Below are positions 37,443 through 47,150 of a DNA stretch of 64,000 nucleotides, one piece after another. Every line of letters starts with the position of its first letter. Within the stretch, counting starts at the first letter, position 1. Source of the DNA: Thermoanaerobaculia bacterium (lineage in GTDB: Bacteria > Acidobacteriota > Thermoanaerobaculia > UBA5066); the NCBI GenBank assembly GCA_038245905.1, contig JBBRRY010000003.1, positions 96,001 to 160,000 of the forward strand, given 5' to 3'. The translations under genes and the position numbers were made by a program. The notes beneath the pieces were generated by a model. The model worked only from the letters and a program-made list of their open reading frames with translations. It was not told where the DNA came from and made no database searches.

Positions 37443-39316
37443 GAAGGCTTCGCCTCGGTGCCGAGCGCCTCGAGGATCCTCTTCACGGCGTCGTAGCGCG
37501 CCATCGGCATGATGTGGACGCCGCGCGCCCTCTCGGCGATCGCGCGAGCGAGCTCGACGCCGATCGCGAGCCCTTCCTCCTCTTCGAACGCCGGGCCCTT
37601 GTCCGCCGCGTGGCGCATCCGCGCGAGGATCTCCTCGGGCACGACCATTCCGGGGACCTCGTTCGCGAAGTAGAGGGCCTGCTTCAGGCTCTTCGGCGGG
37701 ATGAGGCCGATGAGGATCGGAATCGTCCGGGCTTCGGGACGCGCATAGAAACGGTCCAGCGCCGCCACGTCGTAGACGGGCTGAGTCTGGGCGAACGTCG
37801 CACCCGCCTCGATCTTGGCGGAGAGCTTCGAGATCTCGACGTCGAGGTCCTTGGCCGCCGGATTCGCCGCACACGCGATCGCGAACGACGTAGCCGAGCC
37901 GATCGCGCCGCCCGCGAGGTCGGTGCCCCCGTTCAGGCCCCGCACGATGCGAAGGAGGCCGAGGGTGTCCACCTCGCCGACGGGCTTCGCCTGCGGGTAA
38001 TCCCCGATCTTCAGCGGGTCACCGCCCACGACGAGGAGCGCCTTGATGCCGAGACCCGCGGCGCCGAGGAGATCCGACTGGATCCCGAGGACGTTCCGGT
38101 CGCGCGGCGAGAAGTGGAAGATCGTCTCGGCACCCGTTTCCGTGCGGATGAGGTGCGCGACGGCAATGGACGACATCCGGAGGCGCGCCATCGGGTTGTC
38201 GGTGATGTTGATTGCGTCGACGCCGAGGGCGCGCAGCGTGCGGGCGCCGTCCACCGCGACCGAGGCGTCGATGCCCTTCGGGGGCTCGACTTCGGCGGTC
38301 ACGACGAGGGCGCTGGGATCGGCGAGCTTGCGTTTCAGGGCGGACGTCTCGAGCGAGGAATCGGGAGAGGCCTCGCGCGGGCGGGCGGAACGGACTTCGA
38401 CGACGGCCGCGCGCGTCGAGGGGGCCGGAGCGCTGCGGGCCTTGCCCAGGGCCTCACGCGCCATCGCGGCCACGTGCTCCGGCGCGGTGCCGCAGCATCC
38501 GCCCACGAGCGCGGCCCCCGCGCGGAGGAGGTCGCGCGCGCTCTGACGGAAGTAGTCCGGCGTCGCGGGATAAACCGTGCGCCCGGAGACGACCCACGGG
38601 TAACCGGCGTTCGGCCGGACGGAAACTGGCACGGACACGGAGCCGGCCGCCCGCGAGAAGATCTCGAAGGCCTCCTGGGGTCCGACGGTGCAGTTGATCC
38701 CGACGACGTCGGCGCCGGCCGCGACGAGCGCCGGGAGCGCGTCTTCCACGTCCTCTCCGAAGCTCGTCTTGCCGTCCGCGAGGAACGTCATCGACGCGAG
38801 GATCGGGATCTCGAGGGACAGCGCGCGCGCCGCGCGCAGCGCCTCCGTGGCCTCGAGCGTCGACGAGAACGTCTCGAAGGACAGGAGGTCGACCCCTTCC
38901 TCGAGGAGAATCCGGATCTGCTCCGTGAACAGTTCGCGGACGTGGAGGCGCGTGAGCGGCCCGTACGGCTTCACGAGCTGCCCGAGCGGGCCGACGGCGC
39001 CCGCCACGTAGACGTATTCCCCGGCAGCCGCCGTTCGCGCGAGGCGCACGGCCTCCCGGTTGATCTTCTCGAGGGAGTCGGCCCAGTCGAACTTGGAAAG
39101 CTTCGAGCGGTTCGCGTCCCATGTGTTCGTGGAGAGCATCTGCGCGCCGGCGGAGACGTAGTCGTCGTGGATCTCCTTCACGAGCTCGGGGGCCGTGAGG
39201 GCGTTCGGCGAGCGCGGACCGTCCGGGGGCGCGCCACGTGACACGAGCAACGTCCCCATTGCCCCATCGGCGAGGAGAACATCGGCCCGTAGCCGCTCCC
39301 GAATGTCTCTCTTCAT
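37439..39316 (-). CDS. yitJ: Bifunctional homocysteine S-methyltransferase / methylenetetrahydrofolate reductase
   Basis: DGAMGT, GINC, PNAG, GGCCGT, then an MTHFR half ([23 protein letters not shown]). Confidence 0.9.
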   Translation of the reverse strand: MKRDIRERLRADVLLADGAMGTLLVSRGAPPDGPRSPNALTAPELVKEIHDDYVSAGAQMLSTNTWDANRSKLSKFDWADSLEKINREAVRLARTAAAGEYVYVAGAVGPLGQLVKPYGPLTRLHVRELFTEQIRILLEEGVDLLSFETFSSTLEATEALRAARALSLEIPILASMTFLADGKTSFGEDVEDALPALVAAGADVVGINCTVGPQEAFEIFSRAAGSVSVPVSVRPNAGYPWVVSGRTVYPATPDYFRQSARDLLRAGAALVGGCCGTAPEHVAAMAREALGKARSAPAPSTRAAVVEVRSARPREASPDSSLETSALKRKLADPSALVVTAEVEPPKGIDASVAVDGARTLRALGVDAINITDNPMARLRMSSIAVAHLIRTETGAETIFHFSPRDRNVLGIQSDLLGAAGLGIKALLVVGGDPLKIGDYPQAKPVGEVDTLGLLRIVRGLNGGTDLAGGAIGSATSFAIACAANPAAKDLDVEISKLSAKIEAGATFAQTQPVYDVAALDRFYARPEARTIPILIGLIPPKSLKQALYFANEVPGMVVPEEILARMRHAADKGPAFEEEEGLAIGVELARAIAERARGVHIMPMARYDAVKRILEALGTEAKPS

Positions 39317-39330
39317 GAAAAGAGCCACAT
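39313..39330 (-). other. Putative leaderless uORF MWLFS whose stop overlaps the yitJ start
   Basis: ATG TGG CTC TTT TCA TGA; the TGA overlaps yitJ ATG (ATGA). Confidence 0.5.
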
Positions 39331-39336
39331 GAAAAA

Positions 39337-39366
39337 AGGGTACGGCGCGGCGCCCGCAGACGTCAA
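39337..39366 (-). promoter_or_regulatory. Sigma70-type promoter of yitJ-metH
   Basis: TTGACG-N18-TACCCT, 6 nt before the uORF ATG. Confidence 0.6.
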
Positions 39367-39399
39367 GCCGTCGGTCGGTTAAACTCGCGCACTGACCAG

Positions 39400-40710
39400 A
39401 TGAGGATCCTCGTCGTCGGTTCGGGTGGTCGCGAGCACGCGCTCGTGTGGAAGCTCGCGCAGGCGCCGGGCGTGACCGACATTTTCTGCGCGCCGGGGAA
39501 CCCGGGAATCGCGTCGCTCGCGACCTGTATTCCCATCGGCGTCGAGAACGTCGTCGAGCTCGCGGACTTCGCCGAGTCGATGAAGGTCGATCTCACGGTC
39601 GTCGGGCCCGAGCTCCCGCTCACGCTGGGCCTTGTGGATGAATTCTCGCGACGCTCTCTTCTCGCCTTCGGGCCGAACCGCCTCGCCGCCGAGCTCGAAG
39701 GCTCGAAGGTCTTCTCGAAGCTGTTCATGAAGAAGTACGGCATCCCGACGCCGGACGCGGAGGTCTGCCAGACGCGCGCCGAGGCCGAGCGGGCGCTCAA
39801 GTCGTTCGGCCTGCCGTGCGTGTTCAAGGCAGATGGCCTCGCGGGCGGCAAGGGCGTCGTCGTGGCGCAGGAGCCGGAAGAAGCCGAGCGCGCGCTCAAG
39901 CTCTTCTTCGAGGATCGCGTCTTCGGGTCGGCGGCTGATCGCGTTCTCGTGGAGCGCTTCATCGCGGGAGACGAGGTCAGCTTCATGGTCCTGTGCGACG
40001 GGGAGCGGGCGCTGCCGCTCGCGACCGCGATGGACTACAAGAGGATCTACGACGGCGAACGCGGCCCGAACACGGGCGGGATGGGCGCGCACAGCCCGTC
40101 GGTCCTCCTCGACGCGTCCACGTCGTCCGATGTCCTCGCCTTCGTCGTGCAGCCGACGCTCAAGGGCATGGCGGACGAAGGCCGCCCGTTTCGCGGCGTC
40201 CTCTTCGTGGGCCTCATTCTCGAGAAGGGGCTGAACCCCTACGTGCTCGAGTACAACGTCAGGTTCGGAGACCCCGAGACGCAGGCGGTCATGCTGCGTC
40301 TCGACGGCGACCTGCTGCCGTTCCTGATGGGCTCAGCTCGCGGCCGTTTCGACGAGGGCGCCCAGCTCGCCTGGCGGCGCGAGGCGACCGCCGCCCTCGT
40401 GATGACCGCCGAAGGCTATCCGGGACCCTTCGAGCGCGGGCGGCTGATCACCGGCCTCGACGAGGCCGAAGCGATGGAAGGGGTGTTCGTGTTCCACGCC
40501 GGGACCGCCCGCGGTGCGGACGGACGCCTCGTCACGTCGGGCGGCCGCGTCCTCAACGTGTGTGCCCGCGGGCGCGGCCTGTCTCAGGCGCTCCGGACGG
40601 CAAAAGACGCGGCGGCGAAGATCCGGTACGAAGGCGCCCATTTCCGGCATGACATCGGGCACAAGGCGCTCGGGATCCTCATGGAGCGCTCGGGATCGAT
40701 GCTCCGGTGA
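39400..40710 (+). CDS. purD: Phosphoribosylamine-glycine ligase
   Basis: MRILVVGSGGREHAL, LEGSK, KADGLAGGKGV, GPNTGGMGA, EYNVRFGDPE. Confidence 0.97.
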   Translation: MRILVVGSGGREHALVWKLAQAPGVTDIFCAPGNPGIASLATCIPIGVENVVELADFAESMKVDLTVVGPELPLTLGLVDEFSRRSLLAFGPNRLAAELEGSKVFSKLFMKKYGIPTPDAEVCQTRAEAERALKSFGLPCVFKADGLAGGKGVVVAQEPEEAERALKLFFEDRVFGSAADRVLVERFIAGDEVSFMVLCDGERALPLATAMDYKRIYDGERGPNTGGMGAHSPSVLLDASTSSDVLAFVVQPTLKGMADEGRPFRGVLFVGLILEKGLNPYVLEYNVRFGDPETQAVMLRLDGDLLPFLMGSARGRFDEGAQLAWRREATAALVMTAEGYPGPFERGRLITGLDEAEAMEGVFVFHAGTARGADGRLVTSGGRVLNVCARGRGLSQALRTAKDAAAKIRYEGAHFRHDIGHKALGILMERSGSMLR

Positions 40711-41437
40711 AGTCTGCGAGCACGGGGCCCGGCCCCGGTGCCTCGAGAAGCGCGAATGCAGCGCGCAGGATCCGGGTCTGGAGCTCGACGTCTCCCGGTT
40801 TCCCGAGCGGATAGCCGAGCGCGAAGGGCACCGCGAGCGCCCGCGGAGTACGGACCTTCGCCGTGATGTCCCGCAGCATCGTGACGGACGTCGTCGCGAT
40901 GCCGCGCCTTTCGAGCTCACCGGCGATCAGACCGACGGTCTGATGGCACATTGGTCAAAGCGGAACGAGGAGCGCGACGTCGACACCATCCGCCTCGAGG
41001 AGCGAGGCGGCGGCGGGCGCCGTGTCTTTCAGGAGGCGTCCGGGCGCCGTGATCGACCCCATGAACGAGAGAGCGCGCCCGTTCAGCGCCCCGATCTCGC
41101 CCCGCGTGGCCATCTCGCGCAAACGACCGAGTGGAAAGCCGAGGTTGCGGTCTGCCTGGAAACCCGTCTGGTCGAACGCGTCGGACTTGTGGGCGATCCC
41201 GAGCGTCTGGACATCCGTGGCGGCCGGGATCTCGCGAAACGACGAGTCGCCGCCCTTCCTCGCGTCGTCGAACGGCTCCTGGGACGGCAGGTAGACACCT
41301 CCCGTCGTGACGAGCGCGACGCGCGCCTTCTCGAGGGTCTTTCGGGGGCGCGCGAACGGGACGGGATCCAGCGCGCGGTAGCGGTACGTCGCCATGAAGA
41401 GCCGGTTCTTGAGCGAAAGATCCGAGAGGCTCGCCAC
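40679..41437 (-). CDS. PrdB/GrdB-like selenoprotein (252 aa, Sec161 at in-frame TGA 40957-40955)
   Basis: ORFs 40955-41437 and 40679-40951 are in frame and read [14 protein letters not shown] (UxxC). Also [35 protein letters not shown]. Confidence 0.88.
40926..40944 (-). promoter_or_regulatory. Putative bacterial SECIS hairpin
   Basis: ATCAGACC-GTC-GGTCTGAT perfect 8-bp stem starting 10 nt after UGA, with G at the loop start. Confidence 0.75.
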
Positions 41438-41801
41438 GGCTGGCAGTATGCCGAATTATGATGGCGGGCATGCAGGTTCCCGCCACCGCCGCGCTCCTTG
41501 GACTTCTTGCTCAGCTCATGTCGTCCCACGGCGGCCCGCCCGTCCTGGCTGCGCCCGCCGCCACGCCCGCACCCGCCTTTGCCGTGACGTCGGGCGGCGG
41601 CCTCTCGTGGACGGTGCCGAAGTCGTGGACGCCGGGTCCGTCCTCGGCCATGCGTCTTGCGACCTACTACCTTCCCGCCGCGGGAGGGGATGCGGACCGG
41701 CCCGAGCTCGCCGTCTTCTGGTTCGGACCGGGGAAGGGCGGGAGTATCGACGTGAACGTGGCGCGCTGGTTCTCCCAGTTCGAGGCGGGGTCCGGCGACC
41801 C
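41342..41801. repeat. Imperfect direct repeat copy 1 (~460 bp)
   Basis: Aligns by eye with 43204-43662; covers 32 codons of the selenoprotein gene, the divergent promoter and the 5' part of the exported-protein gene. Confidence 0.92.
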
Positions 41802-41832
41802 TTCAGAAAAAGGGTCGCTTGCTCGAACCTAA
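41470..41832 (+). pseudogene. 3'-truncated paralog of the 43331-43906 protein
   Basis: Homology ends at FEAGSGDP, followed by an unrelated tail SEKGSLART*. Confidence 0.8.
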
Positions 41833-43203
41833 ATGCCCGAGGGAGGTGCCCCTGGTCTCTAGGCGCCACCCCCCGCAATTCCCGTTACACGCCCGCGGGG
41901 GCCGCCCGCCGATTACACACCGGCAAACCGCATGCCGAGGATCCGTGATGCGCGCGAGCGCTGGGCGTAAACACGCACGAATGCAAAGCGCCCTGGCTCG
42001 CTTCCGCGGACGGCTCGGGCTACCTCGGCAAAGAGGTACTCGCAGTCTTTGGAGGTGTATAGCCGGCATAGAACTGATACAGCTTGTCGATAATGCCGCG
42101 ATCCCCCTCTCGAAAGGTCTTTCTCATCATTGCCTGCTCCCGCAGGGTGTCTAAAGACAACGTCGTCGTGGGAACCTCCCGACTCGGCGATGGCACAGAC
42201 AGGACCTCCACCCCGGGATCCAGGGGGGCCGCCAGATAGTCCTCTAAAGTGCCGACGTCCTTTAGCGCCGCCGCAAACAGTGCTTCCGAACTCAGAGGCA
42301 CGGCGCCAACCACAAACACCGGCACTATAACGATATCCCTAACAGTATAGAAGTCGACAAGCGTCAACGTAGACAGACTCTTCGTAATCTTCTCTCGAGT
42401 CCAGCCTTTCTTCTCCAGCGCAATTCTCTCCTCGTCGTTGGCCGGAAAGCACGGCGTCGGTCGTCTTGGGTATATCCGCAAAAGTCCGACCCCTGGCAGT
42501 CTTCCGCTACTAGCGTGAAACTCTGCCGCGTGGCGCGGGCTAAGATCCAGAGTGTCAGTCGAGCCGTCAGCGATGCTAGCGACGGTCACCGGCGTCGGCA
42601 TTTCCAGGCCAGGATTCGAGCTAATCGCTCGCCAGCCTGCAGGTGTCTGGAGAGCGAGGTCGGGCGCCACAATCGCAAGCATGAAAGCGGTTCGCGTTGC
42701 ATTTGGAAGCAACTCCACACGCCACTGATAGCGGAAGGCGCCATCAACCTCATTGACCATACTTATCGCGCGACTCGCAAACCCCGGCCCCTGGTCGGGT
42801 TCGTCCACGCACGATCCGGGCTGAAACTGAGCGCACACGCTCCCAGAGACGAACAAAGCTCCGACCGCTGTTCGCAGGTAACGACTGCTCATTGGGAACC
42901 CAACTGAACATGATCGTGGTCGTCTTCAATCCAGGTCCGCAGCGAGACAAACCCCGGTTGGCTCTGCTCAAGTGCAAAGTATTGCACAGCGACGAGCCAG
43001 TTGAAGCGATCAAAAGGCCAGCCGGTAGCGTCGTTAACCCCTGCCTGCCGACAGGAGTTCACGGCAACGCCTTCATAGCAGCCCCAAAAACTAACATCGA
43101 CGCTGTGACCCTCGCGATGATACTGGTGGTTTCCCTCGTTGTCCCAGTCCGCCTGCCAGTCAAAGGGCCCGCCGTTCGGCAAAGACTGATCATTCCATCT
43201 AAG
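41802..43203. other. Low-GC foreign insert (~1.4 kb) between the repeats
   Basis: Visibly more AT-rich with atypical codons; no integrase or transposase visible. Confidence 0.75.
42020..42892 (-). CDS. Hypothetical exported protein of the insert
   Basis: 290 aa, signal-like N-terminus (SVCA-Q), ATGA-coupled to the upstream ORF. Confidence 0.65.
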   Translation of the reverse strand: MSSRYLRTAVGALFVSGSVCAQFQPGSCVDEPDQGPGFASRAISMVNEVDGAFRYQWRVELLPNATRTAFMLAIVAPDLALQTPAGWRAISSNPGLEMPTPVTVASIADGSTDTLDLSPRHAAEFHASSGRLPGVGLLRIYPRRPTPCFPANDEERIALEKKGWTREKITKSLSTLTLVDFYTVRDIVIVPVFVVGAVPLSSEALFAAALKDVGTLEDYLAAPLDPGVEVLSVPSPSREVPTTTLSLDTLREQAMMRKTFREGDRGIIDKLYQFYAGYTPPKTASTSLPR

Positions 43204-43299
43204 TCGGGGGCGCGCGAACGGGACGGGATCGAGCGTGCGGTAGCGGTACGTCGCCATGAAGAGCCGATTCTTGAGCGAAAGATCCGAGAGGCTCGCCAC
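42889..43299 (-). CDS. Chimeric ORF: 32 N-terminal codons of the selenoprotein gene + LAS/MepA-like peptidase C-terminal fragment
   Basis: [14 protein letters not shown]...FARPR joined to LRWNDQSLPNGGPFD...HQYHREGHSVD...HDH. Confidence 0.55.
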   Translation of the reverse strand: MASLSDLSLKNRLFMATYRYRTLDPVPFARPRLRWNDQSLPNGGPFDWQADWDNEGNHQYHREGHSVDVSFWGCYEGVAVNSCRQAGVNDATGWPFDRFNWLVAVQYFALEQSQPGFVSLRTWIEDDHDHVQLGSQ

Positions 43300-43662
43300 G
43301 GGGTCAGTATGCCGAATTATGATCGCGCGTATGCAAGTTCTCGGTGCCGCCGTGCTTCTCGCCCAGCTCATGTCCTCTCACGGCAGCGCCCCGCCGCCGG
43401 GCGCAATGGCCGCGCCCGCGGCAACGCCCGCGCCCGCCTTTCCCGTGACGTCGGGAGGCGGCCTTGCGTGGACCGTGCCGAAGGCGTGGACGCCGGGGCC
43501 GTCCTCGGCCATGCGTCTTGCGACTTACTATCTTCCGGCCACTGCCGGTGATGCGGACCGGCCCGAGCTCGCGGTCTTTTGGTTCGGACCGGGGAAGGGC
43601 GGGACTATCGACGCGAACGTGGCGCGCTGGTTCTCCCAGTTCGAGGCGGGGCCGGGCGATCC
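43204..43662. repeat. Imperfect direct repeat copy 2
   Basis: See copy 1. Confidence 0.92.
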
Positions 43663-43906
43663 GAAACCAACGCGCAGCCTTACCCGCATCGGCACGATCC
43701 CTGTCACGCTCGTGACGGCGGCGGGGAGCTACTCCGCGGGGACGGGGATGGGCGCGGCGCCCGCGCCGAAGGCCGGCACCGTACTCCGGGGCGCGATGGC
43801 CGAAGGACCGAACGGAGCGGTGTTCTTCAAGCTCACGGGCCCGCGCCGGAGCGTCGCAGCCGCCGGAAAGGACTTCGACGCGCTCGTGGCGAGCCTCAAG
43901 CCCTGA
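43331..43906 (+). CDS. Conserved hypothetical exported protein (W..P..W / MRLA / GG...NV.RW..QF type)
   Basis: TATGAT-N7-ATG; full-length copy ending FFKLTGP...LVASLKP. Confidence 0.75.
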   Translation: MQVLGAAVLLAQLMSSHGSAPPPGAMAAPAATPAPAFPVTSGGGLAWTVPKAWTPGPSSAMRLATYYLPATAGDADRPELAVFWFGPGKGGTIDANVARWFSQFEAGPGDPKPTRSLTRIGTIPVTLVTAAGSYSAGTGMGAAPAPKAGTVLRGAMAEGPNGAVFFKLTGPRRSVAAAGKDFDALVASLKP

Positions 43907-43937
43907 ACCGGGGCGGGTTTCCCGCCGTAATACGACC

Positions 43938-45494
43938 GTGCGCGCCCCGCCGGCCCGACCGCTCCCCGCCGTCGCATGGAATCTCGTCGCGCTGGCGGCC
44001 GCGTTGCGCGTCGCGGCCGAGCTCTTCGCGATCACGTCGTACGGCTACTTCCGGGACGAGCTCTACTACCTTGCCTGCGCCGATCACCCGGCGGCGGGGT
44101 ACGTCGACCAGCCGCCGTTCTCGATTCTCTTCCTCTCCGCGTGGAAGGCGGTTTTCGGGACCTCGCTCTCCGCGCTCCGGACCCCGCCGATTCTGCTCGG
44201 CACCGCCACGATCGTCCTGACGGCGCTCCTCGCACGCCGGCTCTCTGGGGGCCGAATCGCGCAGGGGCTCGCGGCGTGCGCCGCGGCCAGTGCCCCGATC
44301 TGGCTCGGTATGTCCCGTTACTACTCGATGAACGCTTTCGACATCTTCTTCTGGACGCTCGCGGCCCTCCTCGTCGCGGAGATCCTGGAGGCAGCGCCCG
44401 GGAGCGGCGCCACGAGGCTCTGGCTGCTCCTTGGGATCCTTTTGGGGCTCGGCCTCCTGAACAAGATCAGCGTTCTCTGGCTCGGTTGCGGGCTCTTCCT
44501 GGGCCTCGTCCTCACGCCGGCCCGCCGGTTGCTGGCGACGAGGGGCCCGTGGCTGGCCGGAGCGATCGCGACACTGCTTTTTCTTCCCCACGTTCTGTGG
44601 CAGGTCGCGAACGGCTGGCCGACGCTGGAGTTCATGCGTAACGCCACGCAGGGGAAGTACAAGTCGTTCCCCCTAGGGTCTCTCCTCGCGGAAGTCGTCC
44701 TCCACTTCAACCTCCTCGCCGCGCCCCTCTGGATCGCGGGCCTCGTCTGGCTCCTCGCCTCGCGGGACGGGCGGCGGTTCGCCGCTCTCGGAGTCGTCTG
44801 GATCACGACGCTCGTGATCCTCGCGGCAGCCGGAAACGCCAAGCCCGAATACCTCTCGCCGGCGTTCGCGCCGCTCCTCGCCGCGGGAGGCGTCGCCTGC
44901 GAGCGGCTGCTGCACCGCGGGCGAAGCACGTGGCCGGCCGTCTTCTACGCCGGCGCAATCGTCCTCAACGCCGCGCTCGTTGCACCCTTCGTTCTCCCGA
45001 TCCTGCCCGTCCCGCGATACCTCGCTTACGCAAAGGCGCTCGGCGTCGCGCCATCGACCCCCGAGAAGAAGACCCTCGGCACCCTGCCGCAGCACTACGC
45101 CGACATGTTCGGGTGGCCCGAGATGGCCGAAACCATTGCGGGCGTCTGGCGCTCCCTGCCCGAAGAGGACCGCAGGAAGACGGCCGTCTATGTCTACAAC
45201 TACGGCGAGGCCGGCGCGATCGATCTCTTCGGGAGAAAGCTCGGCCTCCCGCCCGCCATCTGCGCGCACAACAACTACTTTCTCTGGGGCATGCGCGGGC
45301 AGACGCCGGAGATCTTTCTCGTCTATGGGGGGAAAAGGGAGAGACCTCTTCGCGTCTTCGAGAGTGTCGAGGCGGGCGCGGTCTTCACGCATCCCTGGGT
45401 CATGCCCTACGAGAACGACCGCACCGTCTGGATCTGCCGACGGCTCAAGCTGCCCTTCGCCGAAATCTGGCCGGGCGAGAAAAATTTCAACTAG
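43938..45494 (+). CDS. ArnT/PMT_2-family (GT-C) membrane glycosyltransferase
   Basis: YGYFRDELYYLACA, GYVDQPP, many TM helices, NYGEAGAI, HNNY.LWG. Confidence 0.85.
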   Translation: MRAPPARPLPAVAWNLVALAAALRVAAELFAITSYGYFRDELYYLACADHPAAGYVDQPPFSILFLSAWKAVFGTSLSALRTPPILLGTATIVLTALLARRLSGGRIAQGLAACAAASAPIWLGMSRYYSMNAFDIFFWTLAALLVAEILEAAPGSGATRLWLLLGILLGLGLLNKISVLWLGCGLFLGLVLTPARRLLATRGPWLAGAIATLLFLPHVLWQVANGWPTLEFMRNATQGKYKSFPLGSLLAEVVLHFNLLAAPLWIAGLVWLLASRDGRRFAALGVVWITTLVILAAAGNAKPEYLSPAFAPLLAAGGVACERLLHRGRSTWPAVFYAGAIVLNAALVAPFVLPILPVPRYLAYAKALGVAPSTPEKKTLGTLPQHYADMFGWPEMAETIAGVWRSLPEEDRRKTAVYVYNYGEAGAIDLFGRKLGLPPAICAHNNYFLWGMRGQTPEIFLVYGGKRERPLRVFESVEAGAVFTHPWVMPYENDRTVWICRRLKLPFAEIWPGEKNFN

Positions 45495-45500
45495 ACGGCG

Positions 45501-47111
45501 TCACGCGATCCCGAACGATCCAAGAAAGTACGTAGGCCCCGCGCGGCGCGCGACGCCGTGATCGGGATTGGCTGCCAGGTGCTCGAGAATCTTGAAGACG
45601 GTCTCGGTCTCCTCGGGAGCGCCGAGCGAGGCCGCGATGCGCTCGGCGGTCCGGAACGCGCCCTTCTCTTTTCCGAGGTCGGCGAGCACCTTCGCCTGTA
45701 GTGCGAGCACGGCGGCCGCGGCCTTCTTTCCGGCCTCGACGCCGGGCTGGTGGTACGCATTGACGCCGACGAGCTGCGCGTACAGACCGACCGCACGCTC
45801 GTAAAGCGCGATCAGCACTCCGATCGACCGCGCGGAGGCGTCGGGGATCGTGAGCGTAATCGAGCCGCGCCCATTGTCGTGGAGCGCCTTCCGCGTCCCG
45901 AGGAGGAAGCCGTGCAGGTAGTCCCCCGACGTGACGCCGGGTTCGACGGCGAGAGACGCCTCCCCCTTCTCGCGGTCGCTCGCGACCTCCACGAACGTCA
46001 CGAAGAAGTTCGGCACGCCCTCGCGCAGCTGCTGAACGTACGCGTGCTGGTCCGTAGACCCCTTGTTCCCGTACACGGCGATGCCCTGGTGCACGACGTT
46101 TCCTGAAAGGTCCTTCTCCTTGCCGAGGGACTCCATGACGAGCTGCTGGAGGTAGCGCGAGAAGAGGAGGAGCCGGTCGCGGTAGGGGAGGACGACCATG
46201 TCCTTCTCGCCCTTTCCACCCGTCTCCCGGAACCATGCGAGGGCAAGCATCGCCGCCGGATTTTTCGCGACGTCCTTCTGGCGCGTCACGGCGTCGCAGG
46301 CGGCGGCGCCCGCGAGAAGACCGTCCACGTCGAGACCCTGAAGCGCCGCGGGCACGAGCCCGACGGCGGACAGCTCTGACATGCGCCCGCCGACCCAATC
46401 CCACATGGAGAATCGCTGGAGCCAGCGATCCTTCACCGCCACGGCGTCGAGCTCGCTCCCGTCGCCGGTGACGGCGACCGCGTGCTTCGCGAAGTCGAGG
46501 CCGGCCAGGCGGTACGCGTCGGCGGCTTCCAGCATGCCGTTGCGCGTCTCCTTCGTGCCGCCGGACTTCGAGATGACGACGGTGAGAGTCGCCTTGAGAC
46601 CGCCTTTCGTCGCCGCGATACGCGCGAGCTCGCGCGCCATGCCGTCGGGGTCCGTGTTGTCGAAGAAGAACGGGTGCAGGGGATCGGACGGCGCGCCGAG
46701 GGCGTCCGCGACGAACTGCGGCCCCAGTGTCGAACCGCCGATGCCGACGACGAGGACGTTCGAGAAGAGCGGCGCCGTCTCGGGTGCGACGCGGCCTGCA
46801 TGAACGTCCGCCGCGAAGGCCTTCACCCGCGCGAGCGTCGTCTCGATCGCGCTTCGGGTCCCGGCATCGGGCGCTCGTTCGGGAGCGCGCAGCCAGTAGT
46901 GGCCGACGCGCCGGTTCTCGTCGGGATTCGCGATCGCGCCCGCCTCGAGGGCCTCCATGGCAAGGAAGGCGGCGGGGAAGGCGCCGTCGACGAGGGGATC
47001 GCGCGCGAGCGCGTCGTCCGCCAGCGACGTCTTCGAGAGGTCGACGAGGAGCGAGAGCGACGGCACGTGAAGGGAGAGGGCCTGAAAGCGCTGCCACGGA
47101 CGGAGTGTCAT
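45501..47111 (-). CDS. pgi: Glucose-6-phosphate isomerase
   Basis: [38 protein letters not shown]. Confidence 0.96.
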   Translation of the reverse strand: MTLRPWQRFQALSLHVPSLSLLVDLSKTSLADDALARDPLVDGAFPAAFLAMEALEAGAIANPDENRRVGHYWLRAPERAPDAGTRSAIETTLARVKAFAADVHAGRVAPETAPLFSNVLVVGIGGSTLGPQFVADALGAPSDPLHPFFFDNTDPDGMARELARIAATKGGLKATLTVVISKSGGTKETRNGMLEAADAYRLAGLDFAKHAVAVTGDGSELDAVAVKDRWLQRFSMWDWVGGRMSELSAVGLVPAALQGLDVDGLLAGAAACDAVTRQKDVAKNPAAMLALAWFRETGGKGEKDMVVLPYRDRLLLFSRYLQQLVMESLGKEKDLSGNVVHQGIAVYGNKGSTDQHAYVQQLREGVPNFFVTFVEVASDREKGEASLAVEPGVTSGDYLHGFLLGTRKALHDNGRGSITLTIPDASARSIGVLIALYERAVGLYAQLVGVNAYHQPGVEAGKKAAAAVLALQAKVLADLGKEKGAFRTAERIAASLGAPEETETVFKILEHLAANPDHGVARRAGPTYFLGSFGIA

Positions 47112-47150
47112 GCCGCGAGACTATCCTTCCCGGCAGAAGCGGAGGTCAAG

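Noticed and set aside
39317-39399. SAM or cobalamin riboswitch upstream of yitJ-metH
   Set aside because: The interval is only 83 bp, mostly promoter elements, with no recognisable aptamer motifs.
41954-42001. GCGAGC...GCTCGC multi-stem hairpin as ncRNA
   Set aside because: Plausible by chance at this GC content; no family features and covariation cannot be tested here.
41802-43203. IS element or prophage as the source of the insert
   Set aside because: No transposase, integrase, terminal inverted repeats or short target duplication seen.
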